Below are positions 19,694-29,778 of a stretch of DNA of 30,301 bases, piece after piece. This stretch comes from Ignisphaera sp. (GTDB lineage Archaea; Thermoproteota; Thermoprotei_A; Sulfolobales; Ignisphaeraceae), in assembly GCA_038821645.1 (NCBI GenBank), contig JAWBDT010000019.1, positions 1-30,301 on the forward strand, given 5' to 3'. The notes under the pieces were generated by a model. The model did no database searches and was not told the origin of the DNA. It was given only the letters and a program-made list of their open reading frames with translations. A program made the translations under genes and the position numbers. Each line of letters begins with the position of its first letter. The stretch's first letter is position 1.

Positions 19694-19851
19694 TCATTCC
19701 ACCCTACAGTATGCAATAATATGGATCAACTTAATAAATTTATTTCTTCTTATGTACCTTGATAACGACATAAGTAGAATACAAAATAGAATATAAAAAA
19801 TATAAGATGTAGCTACGTAGGATTTGTGTAGAGTATTTAGAACTTGCTGTA

Positions 19852-20706
19852 CTAAGATTCTCTCAGTCTTGGATTGAATATATTCTCTAGGCCTATAGCT
19901 ATTAGTGATAATGATGTAGATAAAGCTACTATTGTTAGTCCTGGTGGTAAAAATAGCCACCAAGCACCTGTTACATAGGCTAAGAAGTAGTTTGCCCAGA
20001 AGAGCATCATACCTAGCGATAGATGTTTAGCCATACCTTCTGTAGATAGTATTAATGCTAAGCCCGCTTCACCTGCTATACCTATGGCCATAAATGTTGC
20101 GAAAGCAGTCACGATATATGGTCCAATAATTGGTATCAAGTCCTCAAATACTATCCTTATATCACCATAACCTGCCATTTTCGATAATGACACAAACTCT
20201 CTTTCTCTTAAACTCATGAACTGTGCTCTAATGGCTCTTGCAAACCATGGCCATGTGAATGCACCAAGAGTTATAGCTATTATATGGGGACCTCTAGCCT
20301 CTGGTGGAAGATACGAGGCTATTAGTACAGCTACAAGCCAGTTGGGTATCGCTAGAAACACATTTGTTACAGACATCAAGATCTCGTCTACTATACCACC
20401 TTTTATGCCTGCTATTGAACCTATTGTGAGCCCTATAGACATGGCTATAACTGCAGTTAGCAATCCTATTGTTAGCGAGACTCTTATGCTGTAGAGGAAT
20501 TGTGCAAAAACATCTCTTCCAAAACCATCTGTACCCAATGGATATTCAAGTGATGGAGGCTGGTTTCTAGGTCCTTTAGCAAAAGGATCACGTCCATATA
20601 TTAGTGGTCCAGCAAGTCCCATAAACAGTATTATTATGAACACTATGAATCCTATCAAGAATCGTTTGTTTGTAAATATTGCGTAAACAACTAGAGGTAT
20701 CTTCAT
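19852..20706 (-). CDS. ABC permease, OppC/DppC family
   Basis: PLGTD.FGRD, R.SL.IG, EREFV..SK..G EAA-like loop, WWLFLPPG, NPRLR. Confidence 0.93.
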   Translation of the reverse strand: MKIPLVVYAIFTNKRFLIGFIVFIIILFMGLAGPLIYGRDPFAKGPRNQPPSLEYPLGTDGFGRDVFAQFLYSIRVSLTIGLLTAVIAMSIGLTIGSIAGIKGGIVDEILMSVTNVFLAIPNWLVAVLIASYLPPEARGPHIIAITLGAFTWPWFARAIRAQFMSLREREFVSLSKMAGYGDIRIVFEDLIPIIGPYIVTAFATFMAIGIAGEAGLALILSTEGMAKHLSLGMMLFWANYFLAYVTGAWWLFLPPGLTIVALSTSLSLIAIGLENIFNPRLRES

Positions 20707-20709
20707 ATA

Positions 20710-21762
20710 TTATCCCCTTCCTCCTACTCTAATCCTTGGATCTATTAAAGCATAGATGAAGTCTACTAAGAAGTTTGCTGCAAAAACTGTAGCTATAACT
20801 ATAAGGAATATACCTTGTATCAATGGATAGTCTAGAGCACCTATAGCTCTAGATAAGAAGTAGCCTACACCTGGATAATTGAATACCGTCTCTACTATGA
20901 ATACACCAGTTATAGCGAAGCCAAGCTGTAGAGCTAATCCTGTTACTTGTGGTAATAGTGAGTTTCTGTATGCATATCTAAAAATGGTTCTATCTTTAAC
21001 ACCTAGAGACTCTGTGTATGCTATATAGTCAGCTCCAAGTTCAGCCGCAATCACTACTCTCATTGATCCCATCCAGTTAGCTGATTCAACTATGTATATA
21101 GATAGGAAGGGTAATGTATAATGGTGTAAATAATCTATTAGAAACTCAAATGTAAGCGAAGGTTTTACTCCAACTGAGTACATACCTGATGTTGGGAACC
21201 ACCTTAAGCTAAAGGCAAAGACGAAAAGCAGAAGCATTGCTAGCCAGTAGTAGGGTACTCTAGCCACTATAAACGAATATCCAACAACCAATTTCTCAAG
21301 TATGCCTCCTCTCTTGTAACCTGCGTAAGCACCTATCGTATTACCTGTATACCATGCAGCTAGTACTGCTGGAACAACAAGAGCCAGTGTCCAGGGCAGA
21401 GACATAGCTATAACATCTGTTACCTTCATTGGATACATATCTATAGATATTCCAAAATCACCTCTAAAAGCTCTGCTTAAAAATGTAAAGAACTGTATAT
21501 GTAGAGGTTTATCGAATTGAAATATATCTAGAAGCTGTCTATATATCTCTGGAACCATAACTGGATTGTATATCCACTGCATAATTATTTGCTGCATCCT
21601 TATGGCTAGAGGGTTACCCGGTATAGCTCTAGGCAGTATAAAAACTACACATATCGCTATAAAATACGTTACTACAAGCAATGCAACCTTTCTTGCTATA
21701 TATAGTATCAATGTTTTATCGATACTCAACTTCACCATATCAACACCAAAAACATTGACCAT
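20710..21762 (-). CDS. ABC permease, OppB/DppB family
   Basis: PRAIPGNP, GDFGIS, PYYW, RNSLLP, ETVFNYPGVG, DYPLIQG, DPRIR. Likely start ATG 21738. Confidence 0.93.
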   Translation of the reverse strand: MVNVFGVDMVKLSIDKTLILYIARKVALLVVTYFIAICVVFILPRAIPGNPLAIRMQQIIMQWIYNPVMVPEIYRQLLDIFQFDKPLHIQFFTFLSRAFRGDFGISIDMYPMKVTDVIAMSLPWTLALVVPAVLAAWYTGNTIGAYAGYKRGGILEKLVVGYSFIVARVPYYWLAMLLLFVFAFSLRWFPTSGMYSVGVKPSLTFEFLIDYLHHYTLPFLSIYIVESANWMGSMRVVIAAELGADYIAYTESLGVKDRTIFRYAYRNSLLPQVTGLALQLGFAITGVFIVETVFNYPGVGYFLSRAIGALDYPLIQGIFLIVIATVFAANFLVDFIYALIDPRIRVGGRG

Positions 21763-21904
21763 ATAGAAGCTTTTAAATCTTTATGATTAGTGTTCAAGAA
21801 AATGGTTACTGAGTGATGTATAGAGGATATTGATGTAACAAACAAGTATGCATAAGGCTTATTATGAAGTATATTTTATGGAAAATAGGGAATAAAAAAT
21901 GGTT

Positions 21905-24157
21905 TTATTTCTTACCAAGAGTTAATATAAACCATCCAACTATAGCACCTACTACCAATAGAACAGCCCAAACTACTGCAACAGTCGCCCAGTCTGCTTC
22001 TCTTTCCTTAATAGTTATAGTAGAGTACACAGTTCTCTCAACTTGTTGAACCACTGTAACCGTAACAGTTACTGTAGCTCCAGGGACTACTGGTGTTGTT
22101 GGAGTTGGTGTTGGTGTAGGAGTAGTAGGTGTAGGTGTTGTTGGAGTTGGTGTTGGTGTAGGAGTAGTAGGTGTAGGTGTTGTTGGAGTTGGTGTTGGTG
22201 TAGGAGTAGTAGGTGTAGGTGTTGGTTTACCTGATTCTATTCTGAAGCTTTTTCCTTCGTATATTGACCTTCTTAGATATTCGTTATACCTATTCATAGA
22301 TATGAGGGCTCCTCCTTCTTCTACTGATGCTAGCCACCATGGTTTTTCAATTGGTTTTCCTGTTGGTGTTAAGAAGAATAACACAGGTGCGCTACCCCAC
22401 CATGATGGTAGCCACCATGGTCTCTGTGCATTTGGCCATCCATCCCAGTACTTATCGTTGTATACCCAGAAGGATGGTGTATAGAATAATGGTATTGATG
22501 GTAGATCTTCAAATAGTATCTCTTGGATAGCATAAGCCAGTTCTTTTTCACGCTCTGGATCTATTAGCGATCTCATCATTTCTTCAAATAATGCATTTAA
22601 TCTATCGTTTGTATAGCCTATCCATCTAGCCATGTTGCCCCATGGAGAGTACAGAGCATTTCCATAAGAGTTTCTAATATGACCTACCTCATATGCTCCA
22701 GCACTCCAACACAATGTTGCATCGAATCTACCATTAGAGAAGCTTTCCCACCAAACTCTATAGTCAACAGCTTGTACTGCTACCGCTATACCTATGTCCT
22801 TTAACGCATCAGCTACAAGTGAAGCTATGGTGTTCTCGAGAACAGCTCCTGCAGAAACTAGTATCGTGAATCTCAAGGGTGTTCCATCTGGAAGCTCTCT
22901 AACACCATCTCTATCTCTATCAACGATTCCTGCAGCATCAAGTATGCTTCTTGCTTTAGCTAGATCTTGCTTAAGTAGACAGTCTGGTGTTCCCCAATAC
23001 TTTTGACACGCTTCACGATTCACATAATCTTTGTATACACCTTCAGCAACAAATCCAACAACAGGTGCCTGTTGTACTAATCCTAATAGACCATACTCAG
23101 TAATATCTTCCCACGGTATAGCCCAGGCAATAGCTCTTCTTACCTCGATTCTCTGGAAGATAGGTAGGTTGAGGTTGAGATATAGCCAGAAGCTGGCTCC
23201 AGGTATAAAGTATGGCTGTACCTCAGACCATGTCTTTATACCATGTCTTGTTTTAAGTTCTTCGACATTAGGTATGAATACTCCTGCTCCACCACCAATA
23301 ATACCTAAGGCATCTATATCGCCTCTGATTAAAGCTGATACCGCTACTGTAGTATCTTTATAGTATATGAACATTAGGTATTTGGCTGCAGGAAGACCAA
23401 AGATATCCTTACCCCACCAATTATCTATTCTCTCGTATATAACTTGAGTAGCATCTGCGAAATAAAGTTTGTAGGGTCCAGCAACAACCTGTCTAGCTGG
23501 GTCGTCATTTCTCCACTGAACTCTCATACCTTCGCCCATTTCATCAATAAGAGGTTTGAAGATATGTACCGGTACTGGTCTTATGAATAATATACAGCCT
23601 ATGGGACCTCCAAGCCAGTCCATAATGATTTCCTCTCTTGGTGGAGGCTCTTCACCTGGTGTTCTCGCTATATAGTACTTCAGTGTTTTGTCATCGATTA
23701 CCTCATAGTTGTATATACACCAATCACCCCATAGACCAGCACCTACTTGTCTACTCAACTGATAACCTTCTACTATGTCTCTACTGGTTATAGGTGTTCC
23801 ATCACTCCAACGAGCTTCATTCCTTATGTGTATGGTTATGGTAATTTCATCTCCATTGAACTCTATTCTATCTATAAGGAATAAGAGCCAATCCTGAGTT
23901 AATACATTCTGCATAGCTACAGATGGGTATAGAATATGCCAAGCACCCCACTCCATACCACCAGCACCTCCAGGAGCAAAGGGATTCCAGTTTAGTGTTG
24001 GTGCCCCTATATTTCCTATAATCAAAGTCTCTTCACGTTTTGGTGTTTGTGCATATATGCGTGTATTCGCTATAGCAAGGATTGTGCTTAATAGCAACAT
24101 TATGATAAAGAGATGTACTAAGACTATGTGTTTGGTTTTTAAGATCAAAGACTTCAC
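21905..24157 (-). CDS. ABC substrate-binding protein, OppA/DppA family 5 (likely oligosaccharide-binding)
   Basis: NWNPF, ARWSDGTPITSRD, GPYKL, VRRAIA, DLPSIPL; signal peptide, PT linker, C-terminal TM anchor. Likely start TTG 24148. Confidence 0.92.
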   Translation of the reverse strand: MKSLILKTKHIVLVHLFIIMLLLSTILAIANTRIYAQTPKREETLIIGNIGAPTLNWNPFAPGGAGGMEWGAWHILYPSVAMQNVLTQDWLLFLIDRIEFNGDEITITIHIRNEARWSDGTPITSRDIVEGYQLSRQVGAGLWGDWCIYNYEVIDDKTLKYYIARTPGEEPPPREEIIMDWLGGPIGCILFIRPVPVHIFKPLIDEMGEGMRVQWRNDDPARQVVAGPYKLYFADATQVIYERIDNWWGKDIFGLPAAKYLMFIYYKDTTVAVSALIRGDIDALGIIGGGAGVFIPNVEELKTRHGIKTWSEVQPYFIPGASFWLYLNLNLPIFQRIEVRRAIAWAIPWEDITEYGLLGLVQQAPVVGFVAEGVYKDYVNREACQKYWGTPDCLLKQDLAKARSILDAAGIVDRDRDGVRELPDGTPLRFTILVSAGAVLENTIASLVADALKDIGIAVAVQAVDYRVWWESFSNGRFDATLCWSAGAYEVGHIRNSYGNALYSPWGNMARWIGYTNDRLNALFEEMMRSLIDPEREKELAYAIQEILFEDLPSIPLFYTPSFWVYNDKYWDGWPNAQRPWWLPSWWGSAPVLFFLTPTGKPIEKPWWLASVEEGGALISMNRYNEYLRRSIYEGKSFRIESGKPTPTPTTPTPTPTPTTPTPTTPTPTPTPTTPTPTTPTPTPTPTTPVVPGATVTVTVTVVQQVERTVYSTITIKEREADWATVAVVWAVLLVVGAIVGWFILTLGKK
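22092..22224. repeat. Perfect 42-bp tandem repeat x3 plus 7 nt, encoding a Pro/Thr linker
   Basis: ggtgttgttggagttggtgttggtgtaggagtagtaggtgta at 22092, 22134 and 22176. Confidence 0.95.
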
Positions 24158-24267
24158 CCAGATTGTTTATTCGTATTTACCCTATTCCTATAGTAAGCTT
24201 AAAAATTTTTTAGTGTATTATAAAAATCTGGATGGATGAGTAAAGGGATGGATGCTAGTGATAAATA

Positions 24268-25731
24268 TTAATCCAGGTTCTGAAGCAATGTGTTAAGTCT
24301 ACTAATGATAGCATCTTTAAATACCTTCTTAAGTTCTTCTGTATCTATGCTATTGCTGCGGATAGCGTTACCAAGTTCGCGTGCTTTATCTAATGTGAAT
24401 ACTGTTTTACCACCTGTTAAAGGATCCACAAATTCTACAGGTTGACCCACCATATCGAGATACTTGTAGTATTCTTCGAGACCTATCTCTCCATTGATGT
24501 ATTTCTCTACAATACGGTTCACAACCATCTTTAGCAGTTCTCTAATATCTTGATCTGCTATAATTGTGTCTCCGTAAAGCTCTATAGCTGGTGCTGCTTC
24601 ACCTAGCATAAGTTCCATATTTACTGGAGGTGCATAAAGATTTGCTATAGCTGGATCTCTATAGATTATTCTGGGATTTGTATTGTTGTATCCTAGAACC
24701 GGTATGTAGAAGCTCCATCCAGTTCTATTTAGAAACATCATATCTTGTGCTTCTGTCAAAACCCATCTGATCAGTCTATACATACCTTCTAAACCATCAT
24801 CACTAGCTCTAGCAGCTATAGCTATAGGTGTAAACCAGAAACCTGTCTCATTTCTGGGGAACAATATCTGGAGTTTATCGGGAAACATAGAGTAAGCTGT
24901 ATATGCATCACCAAACTCTAAAACAGTAAGTAATGCTCTTCCAAAAGATACAGAGTCTCTTGCCTGACGAGTACCTACCTCAAGTCTCGAGATAGAACCA
25001 AAGATTACGGATATCAATGTCCAGCCTTTCTCCCAACCATATTTCGATAGAAGTGTATTGACTGTATTCATCATTGGTGCTCTATTAGTTACAGGATAGG
25101 CTGCTACAAGGTTTCCTCCTCTAGTTATTGTAGCAACATATTCAGGTTTAAGCAGATCTGTCCATGAGTTCGGGATCTCTAATCCATATTTGTTAGCGTA
25201 ATCAGTATTAACTAGCCATGTATATGGTACAAAGAACATTGCAATCCAACACAATCTACCATCATCTGTATATCCCTTGAGGAATTCCGGTACATCTCTA
25301 GCTAATGCGAGAATCTCTGGATCATCTATTGGATGTAGAGCTCCTTCTCTGCATAAAATAGTTATGTTGTATCTATTCTGTCCTATAAATCCATCTACAC
25401 TTCCATTAACACCTGCAGCTTTCCATATTTTTGGATCCTCAATCCTTACAAACGATATATTCGTTATGTTTAACCTCATTGATGCAGAAGGAAGTATCAC
25501 ACCTACTCTAGGCATACCACTTTCAGCAAAAAAGTATCTATTAAAATCATCACAACTCCATTGACTCCATGTAGTCATGATCTTTAGAGATACAGGCTTG
25601 AGTTGTTTAACTTCAGATTCTTCTTGCCGACCTGGTGATACAGTAATATTATATATAGCCATCAACGCTATACCTAAGACAACTATGATTGCTACAACCA
25701 TTAATACCATATTTTTCTTCATACCGATCAC
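24268..25731 (-). CDS. ABC substrate-binding protein (AfuA/thiamine-like family)
   Basis: N-terminal anchor; VNT......P.SW.DLLKP, YGWEKGW, PIAI motifs. Likely start ATG 25722. Confidence 0.75.
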   Translation of the reverse strand: MIGMKKNMVLMVVAIIVVLGIALMAIYNITVSPGRQEESEVKQLKPVSLKIMTTWSQWSCDDFNRYFFAESGMPRVGVILPSASMRLNITNISFVRIEDPKIWKAAGVNGSVDGFIGQNRYNITILCREGALHPIDDPEILALARDVPEFLKGYTDDGRLCWIAMFFVPYTWLVNTDYANKYGLEIPNSWTDLLKPEYVATITRGGNLVAAYPVTNRAPMMNTVNTLLSKYGWEKGWTLISVIFGSISRLEVGTRQARDSVSFGRALLTVLEFGDAYTAYSMFPDKLQILFPRNETGFWFTPIAIAARASDDGLEGMYRLIRWVLTEAQDMMFLNRTGWSFYIPVLGYNNTNPRIIYRDPAIANLYAPPVNMELMLGEAAPAIELYGDTIIADQDIRELLKMVVNRIVEKYINGEIGLEEYYKYLDMVGQPVEFVDPLTGGKTVFTLDKARELGNAIRSNSIDTEELKKVFKDAIISRLNTLLQNLD

Positions 25732-25911
25732 ACAACTGGAATTCTTTCTACAGAACTTATAAAATTTAGATAAAATTTAGAGAGACGGTGAATTGAACAA
25801 GGTTTTGTCACTCTCTATTGTAATTGGGACACAACGAATCAATGAATGTTACTTCTATACAATAATGAGGTATTTTACGAAATCTGGAACTATTTTAGTG
25901 CTTAGTATCCT

Positions 25912-26496
25912 TTAGCCAATGAGTCTAGAGACTATGTATGGTGTTATGAAGGATTCTATGAGGCTTGCAACTAAGAGTAATAGAACAATTATCAGGATTA
26001 TTTTTGGAAGAATCTTCAATGTTTTAGCTATATCTTCTCTATTCCTTTTAAATACATATTTCCAGAAGTCTATACCGAGTTTAGTTCCAAAAGCTGAAGC
26101 CATGAGTATTGCTGGAAGTTCGAAAACACCGTGGGGAGCTATAGCTACAAAGCCTAGGAGTGGTGAGCCTCCAGTCATAATAACCAACATTATCACCATA
26201 CCTACAATAAACCCATTGGCAAAAACTATTACACCAGGAATAAATACAAGTAGACCTGAGGCTATAGATATGGATGCAACTAGTAGATTCCTTCTGAATA
26301 TATAGAAAGCTGTATCAATACTATAGAATTCTATAGGGATATCTCCGTAAGCTTGCTTAATCATATCATTTACTGTTTGAAGCTCGTTTGGTGCAAACAT
26401 CACGAGATATAGTGTAGCAAGAGAGCCTAGAAACCAACTCACTACGAATATAATGACCATGACTAGGAAAAACATCTTCAGAGACACACCATTCAC
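25912..26496 (-). CDS. SpoIIM/DUF95-family membrane protein
   Basis: IF..N, NG..VG, PHGVFELPA, A.LIESFITP. Confidence 0.88.
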   Translation of the reverse strand: MNGVSLKMFFLVMVIIFVVSWFLGSLATLYLVMFAPNELQTVNDMIKQAYGDIPIEFYSIDTAFYIFRRNLLVASISIASGLLVFIPGVIVFANGFIVGMVIMLVIMTGGSPLLGFVAIAPHGVFELPAILMASAFGTKLGIDFWKYVFKRNREDIAKTLKILPKIILIIVLLLLVASLIESFITPYIVSRLIG

Positions 26497-26676
26497 CTCT
26501 AGATATGTACCACAACTACTGGACCTAATATACTGATCTACAGCTATATATTTCTACCTCAATGTATGTCGCTATGATGGTTAGGCTAAACCAAACTACG
26601 TGTATTTGTTTTAATCAGTATTTCAATAGAATGGGTTATGGATAATACATAGCCATGTCTTTAGATTCAATTGGTT

Positions 26677-27447
26677 CTAATAATCATATATAGATCTACA
26701 TACAGATACCGTTCCTGCACCATCTTCAGCTGGAGTCTTTATTCTCTGACCTATAACATGTAGATCTCTTGACCTTAGTATCTCTCTCAAGACTTCTTTC
26801 CCCTGCATTTTCTCTGATCTCAAACAGTTTATCGGTATCTTGAACGCTATATCCAGTACTTCTCTATCTAGGAGCAGAGCTACAGCTTTTACATCTATAC
26901 ACTTTGCTATCTCTAGCTCTGGGTATCTACCATAAGCTAGTCTGTTAATGGTTTCCTCAAGCTCTTTTTCAACAAGTTTTAATAGAAAGCTATAGCCAGC
27001 AAAAACCTCATCTCCACCACTTCCTGTATAGATACATCTACATCCATCTTTTTTAGCTTCTCTAAGTACTGAATAGAAAACTATATCGTTTCTGATCTCT
27101 ATACATCCACCATCTCTATGCGAGTCAATTCTATCCCTACCTATACACCCAATAACACCACTCTTTAGATTATCGATATCTCCTTGATCTATATAAATGT
27201 ACTTAACATCTATATTGAAGAACTTAGCTATATGATTCACATATACAAGATCTTTCGGAAGACCTTGTCTATATACAGCTGTATAGCCTCTAGGCTTATA
27301 GCCAGCCGATACGCTTGCCAAAAGCACTAGCGATGTATCTATCCCACCGCTTAAAGCAATACAATCACATCTATACTCCTCTACAGATTCCACTAGTACA
27401 TTAAACAGCTTCTCTGCGTATATATTGCAGGGCATTGGGATCCTCAT
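26677..27447 (-). CDS. Asparagine synthetase C-terminal-like ATP pyrophosphatase (no glutaminase domain)
   Basis: LSGGIDTS, TGSGGDEVFAGY, GKEVLR, R.KTP..G. Confidence 0.82.
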   Translation of the reverse strand: MRIPMPCNIYAEKLFNVLVESVEEYRCDCIALSGGIDTSLVLLASVSAGYKPRGYTAVYRQGLPKDLVYVNHIAKFFNIDVKYIYIDQGDIDNLKSGVIGCIGRDRIDSHRDGGCIEIRNDIVFYSVLREAKKDGCRCIYTGSGGDEVFAGYSFLLKLVEKELEETINRLAYGRYPELEIAKCIDVKAVALLLDREVLDIAFKIPINCLRSEKMQGKEVLREILRSRDLHVIGQRIKTPAEDGAGTVSVCRSIYDY

Positions 27448-28076
27448 TAGATCAACCTCAAGATAATGTAGTTGCCATAGCTTTCAGACCCTATAGTCTT
27501 GTATCCGAGGATAGATCTGTGAAGTGGTCCTGATAAAACTACTGTATGGTATTCGCCTCTCTCTCCTAGAGGATCTATACCGATTTTTAGCGCTTTTTCT
27601 ACAAATAGATCGACATTACCTCTACCTAGTTCTACACCAAGCCATTCACCTAAATTCTCTATACATCCTATTATGAGTGGCTTCACACCATCATAGAGCT
27701 CTCTATAGAGAAGGTCGAGTGGATCCAAACCCCATAGAGGTTCAACAAGTGTTGCTCCTACTTCTCTAACGAGTTTCTCCATATAGTTTAGATGCTCATC
27801 GATATACACATCTCCAGCAACTACTACATCTACCTGGAGCTTCTTAAGCAGATCAACTGTCTCTATAAATTCTCTACCTCTAGTAAGCTTTACCACAGTA
27901 ACCGGTATTTCGGCTAAAAGAAGTGTCTCAATAGATTTACCTATGTTAAGTAGATGAGGGCTTGGTCTTGGAAACTCGTACACAAGTACTATACCTAGAT
28001 CCACTTTTCTACCGTATCGATAAACAGCGTAGTAAGAATCCTTACCTCCAGATAGAAAAGCTACATACATATTCAC
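27447..28076 (-). CDS. DUF71/Dph6 (diphthine-ammonia ligase)-like ATP-binding protein
   Basis: SGGKDS, GD...EH, EPLW, DP.GE.GEYHTVV..GP. Confidence 0.85.
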   Translation of the reverse strand: MNMYVAFLSGGKDSYYAVYRYGRKVDLGIVLVYEFPRPSPHLLNIGKSIETLLLAEIPVTVVKLTRGREFIETVDLLKKLQVDVVVAGDVYIDEHLNYMEKLVREVGATLVEPLWGLDPLDLLYRELYDGVKPLIIGCIENLGEWLGVELGRGNVDLFVEKALKIGIDPLGERGEYHTVVLSGPLHRSILGYKTIGSESYGNYIILRLI

Positions 28077-28768
28077 ACACCAAGCTTTTGGAGAAGCTTT
28101 AAGGGATAGGTTACGTAGAGATTCTTAAGGTATGTCTTGTGGTATGTTGTTCTAGGAGGAAGAGTTTCACCTCTTGTAGCAATTCTATAGATATCTTTTG
28201 GCTCTAGTTTTGGCATCAATACGCATATATCTGAAGAAGAACACCTATCTATATCTATAGGAACCTTAGCCATATCGAGTAACGCGTTTGGAGAACCCAG
28301 TTCTTTAAACGCTAAATAAACATCAATTCTATCAATATTCAAAACCACCACTGTACCACCCACCTTAACCTTCATTTCATCGCTACCTCTCTTAGCCATA
28401 GACTCTAACTCTTCTACAGCCTTTACCACAGACCTATGGTCTATCAATCTACTTGACCCGATATACATCCATCCACCAACATCATCTACATCTAAACCGT
28501 AGTCAGCTATATAAGCTGGAACCACTTTTACACCAAGAGACTTTAGAGCATTAAGTCTGTGGTGACCATCGATAACTATGAGCCTGTTCTTTTCAACAAT
28601 AATAGGCTTCCTTAAAGCTCCATCAATACCTATCGAGTCTAGTACTCTAGAGCTATGTATGATATCGGTATCTTCGTGAGGAACAACATCATTTATGTAG
28701 AGTAGAACTGGATTAGCGAGATGATTATTACATGGATTCTCTCGAACTCTGCACCTCTTTATCGGCAT
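28073..28768 (-). CDS. ParB/Srx-fold protein resembling free serine kinase SerK
   Basis: VPHE, KPII, IDGHHR, DY......V..W, C-terminal GE.LPPRTTYH. Confidence 0.75.
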   Translation of the reverse strand: MPIKRCRVRENPCNNHLANPVLLYINDVVPHEDTDIIHSSRVLDSIGIDGALRKPIIVEKNRLIVIDGHHRLNALKSLGVKVVPAYIADYGLDVDDVGGWMYIGSSRLIDHRSVVKAVEELESMAKRGSDEMKVKVGGTVVVLNIDRIDVYLAFKELGSPNALLDMAKVPIDIDRCSSSDICVLMPKLEPKDIYRIATRGETLPPRTTYHKTYLKNLYVTYPLKLLQKLGV

Positions 28769-28803
28769 TTACGCTACCTCAGAACTGTTAACACGATCTA
28801 CCA

Positions 28804-29778
28804 CTATGTATTAGCTAAGTATATAAGGTGATGTATAGGTAGCACCAGAAGATGTAGAAAAACTACGTAGACTATAGATACATAGATAGAGAGTTCTACA
28901 GCTCTTAGTACATCGCTGTGTGTTGGTAAATGGAATTCTCTACCTATAGTATAGCTCTCTATCTTCTCAAGCTTAACACCTAAACATCCAGCTGTAGCCG
29001 CCATAGGGTTTCCAGCATTTATGCTTTCTGTAAATTTTCTATCCCTTAAATATATATACCAACCTCTTCGAATAGAACCACCAACAGTAGAGCATAAAGC
29101 TAGCGTAATTAGCGCGGTTAATCTTGCTGGAACAAAATTGAGGATTGTATCAACTTTTGCTGAAAACCATCCTATATCCTTAAACATAGGCTCTCTGTAA
29201 CCTAGTGCAGAATCCATTGTATTCGCTAACCTCTGGATTAGTGCTCCTATAGAGCCTAGAAAGAGATAGAAGAATAGTGGTGATGTAAATCCATCTACAA
29301 GACTTTCAAACAGAGACTCTATAGCGGCTGACGCTATGTGACCTTCATAAAGATTTTCAACACTCCTTCTAACAATATTTGAGATAGTTTTTCGAGCATG
29401 CACTATATCTCTATTCTTGAGATGTAGATAAACAGCTTTAACATAGTCTAGAAGCAGTTTTAGTGATAGTGAGACCTTCAAGAGGTATATAGAGAATAGT
29501 ATCCAGAGAACTCTATGTATAGAGTTAACCACATAGAGAACAAACATATATAGAGCTGTATGGATAAAGACTGTGGCAATCCATAGAGCTACACCCATCA
29601 ACCTGTTCTTCGGAAGTTTTTTGTAGAGAGTTATAGCAAACGTATAGGCTGTGTGTACGGGATGTATCTTGTACATTATTCCGCTGTGATATGGGTAGAG
29701 GAAATCCAGTATAAGAGCGCCTAAGAGGATTGAAGAGAACTCCACTATATCTCTAGGGAGAAGCCAGTCTAGATCCAT
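28804..29778 (-). CDS. cbiB: Adenosylcobinamide-phosphate synthase CbiB
   Basis: HPV, IVRR, AAIESLFESLVDG..SPLF, NTMDSALGY, G.FSAK.D.ILNFVPARL, S.NAG.PMA, LEK..Y. Start placed at ATG 29778 after GGTG. Confidence 0.92.
   Translation of the reverse strand: MDLDWLLPRDIVEFSSILLGALILDFLYPYHSGIMYKIHPVHTAYTFAITLYKKLPKNRLMGVALWIATVFIHTALYMFVLYVVNSIHRVLWILFSIYLLKVSLSLKLLLDYVKAVYLHLKNRDIVHARKTISNIVRRSVENLYEGHIASAAIESLFESLVDGFTSPLFFYLFLGSIGALIQRLANTMDSALGYREPMFKDIGWFSAKVDTILNFVPARLTALITLALCSTVGGSIRRGWYIYLRDRKFTESINAGNPMAATAGCLGVKLEKIESYTIGREFHLPTHSDVLRAVELSIYVSIVYVVFLHLLVLPIHHLIYLANT

Noticed and set aside
19694-19963. 89-aa ORF between the permease and the GH12-like gene
   Set aside because: Overlaps the permease in another frame and runs through AT-rich promoter-like DNA; no motif support
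22092-22224. Possible CRISPR array
   Set aside because: Contiguous repeats with no spacers, inside a CDS; no cas genes in the window
22043-22234. Cys/Trp-rich repetitive 63-aa ORF resembling a metallothionein or RiPP precursor
   Set aside because: Antisense translation of the Pro/Thr tandem repeat
25912-26496. Sporulation function
   Set aside because: SpoIIM/DUF95 proteins are widespread in non-sporulating archaea
28073-28768. Partitioning ParB indicating a plasmid or mobile element
   Set aside because: No HTH region or parA; C-terminus is SerK-like
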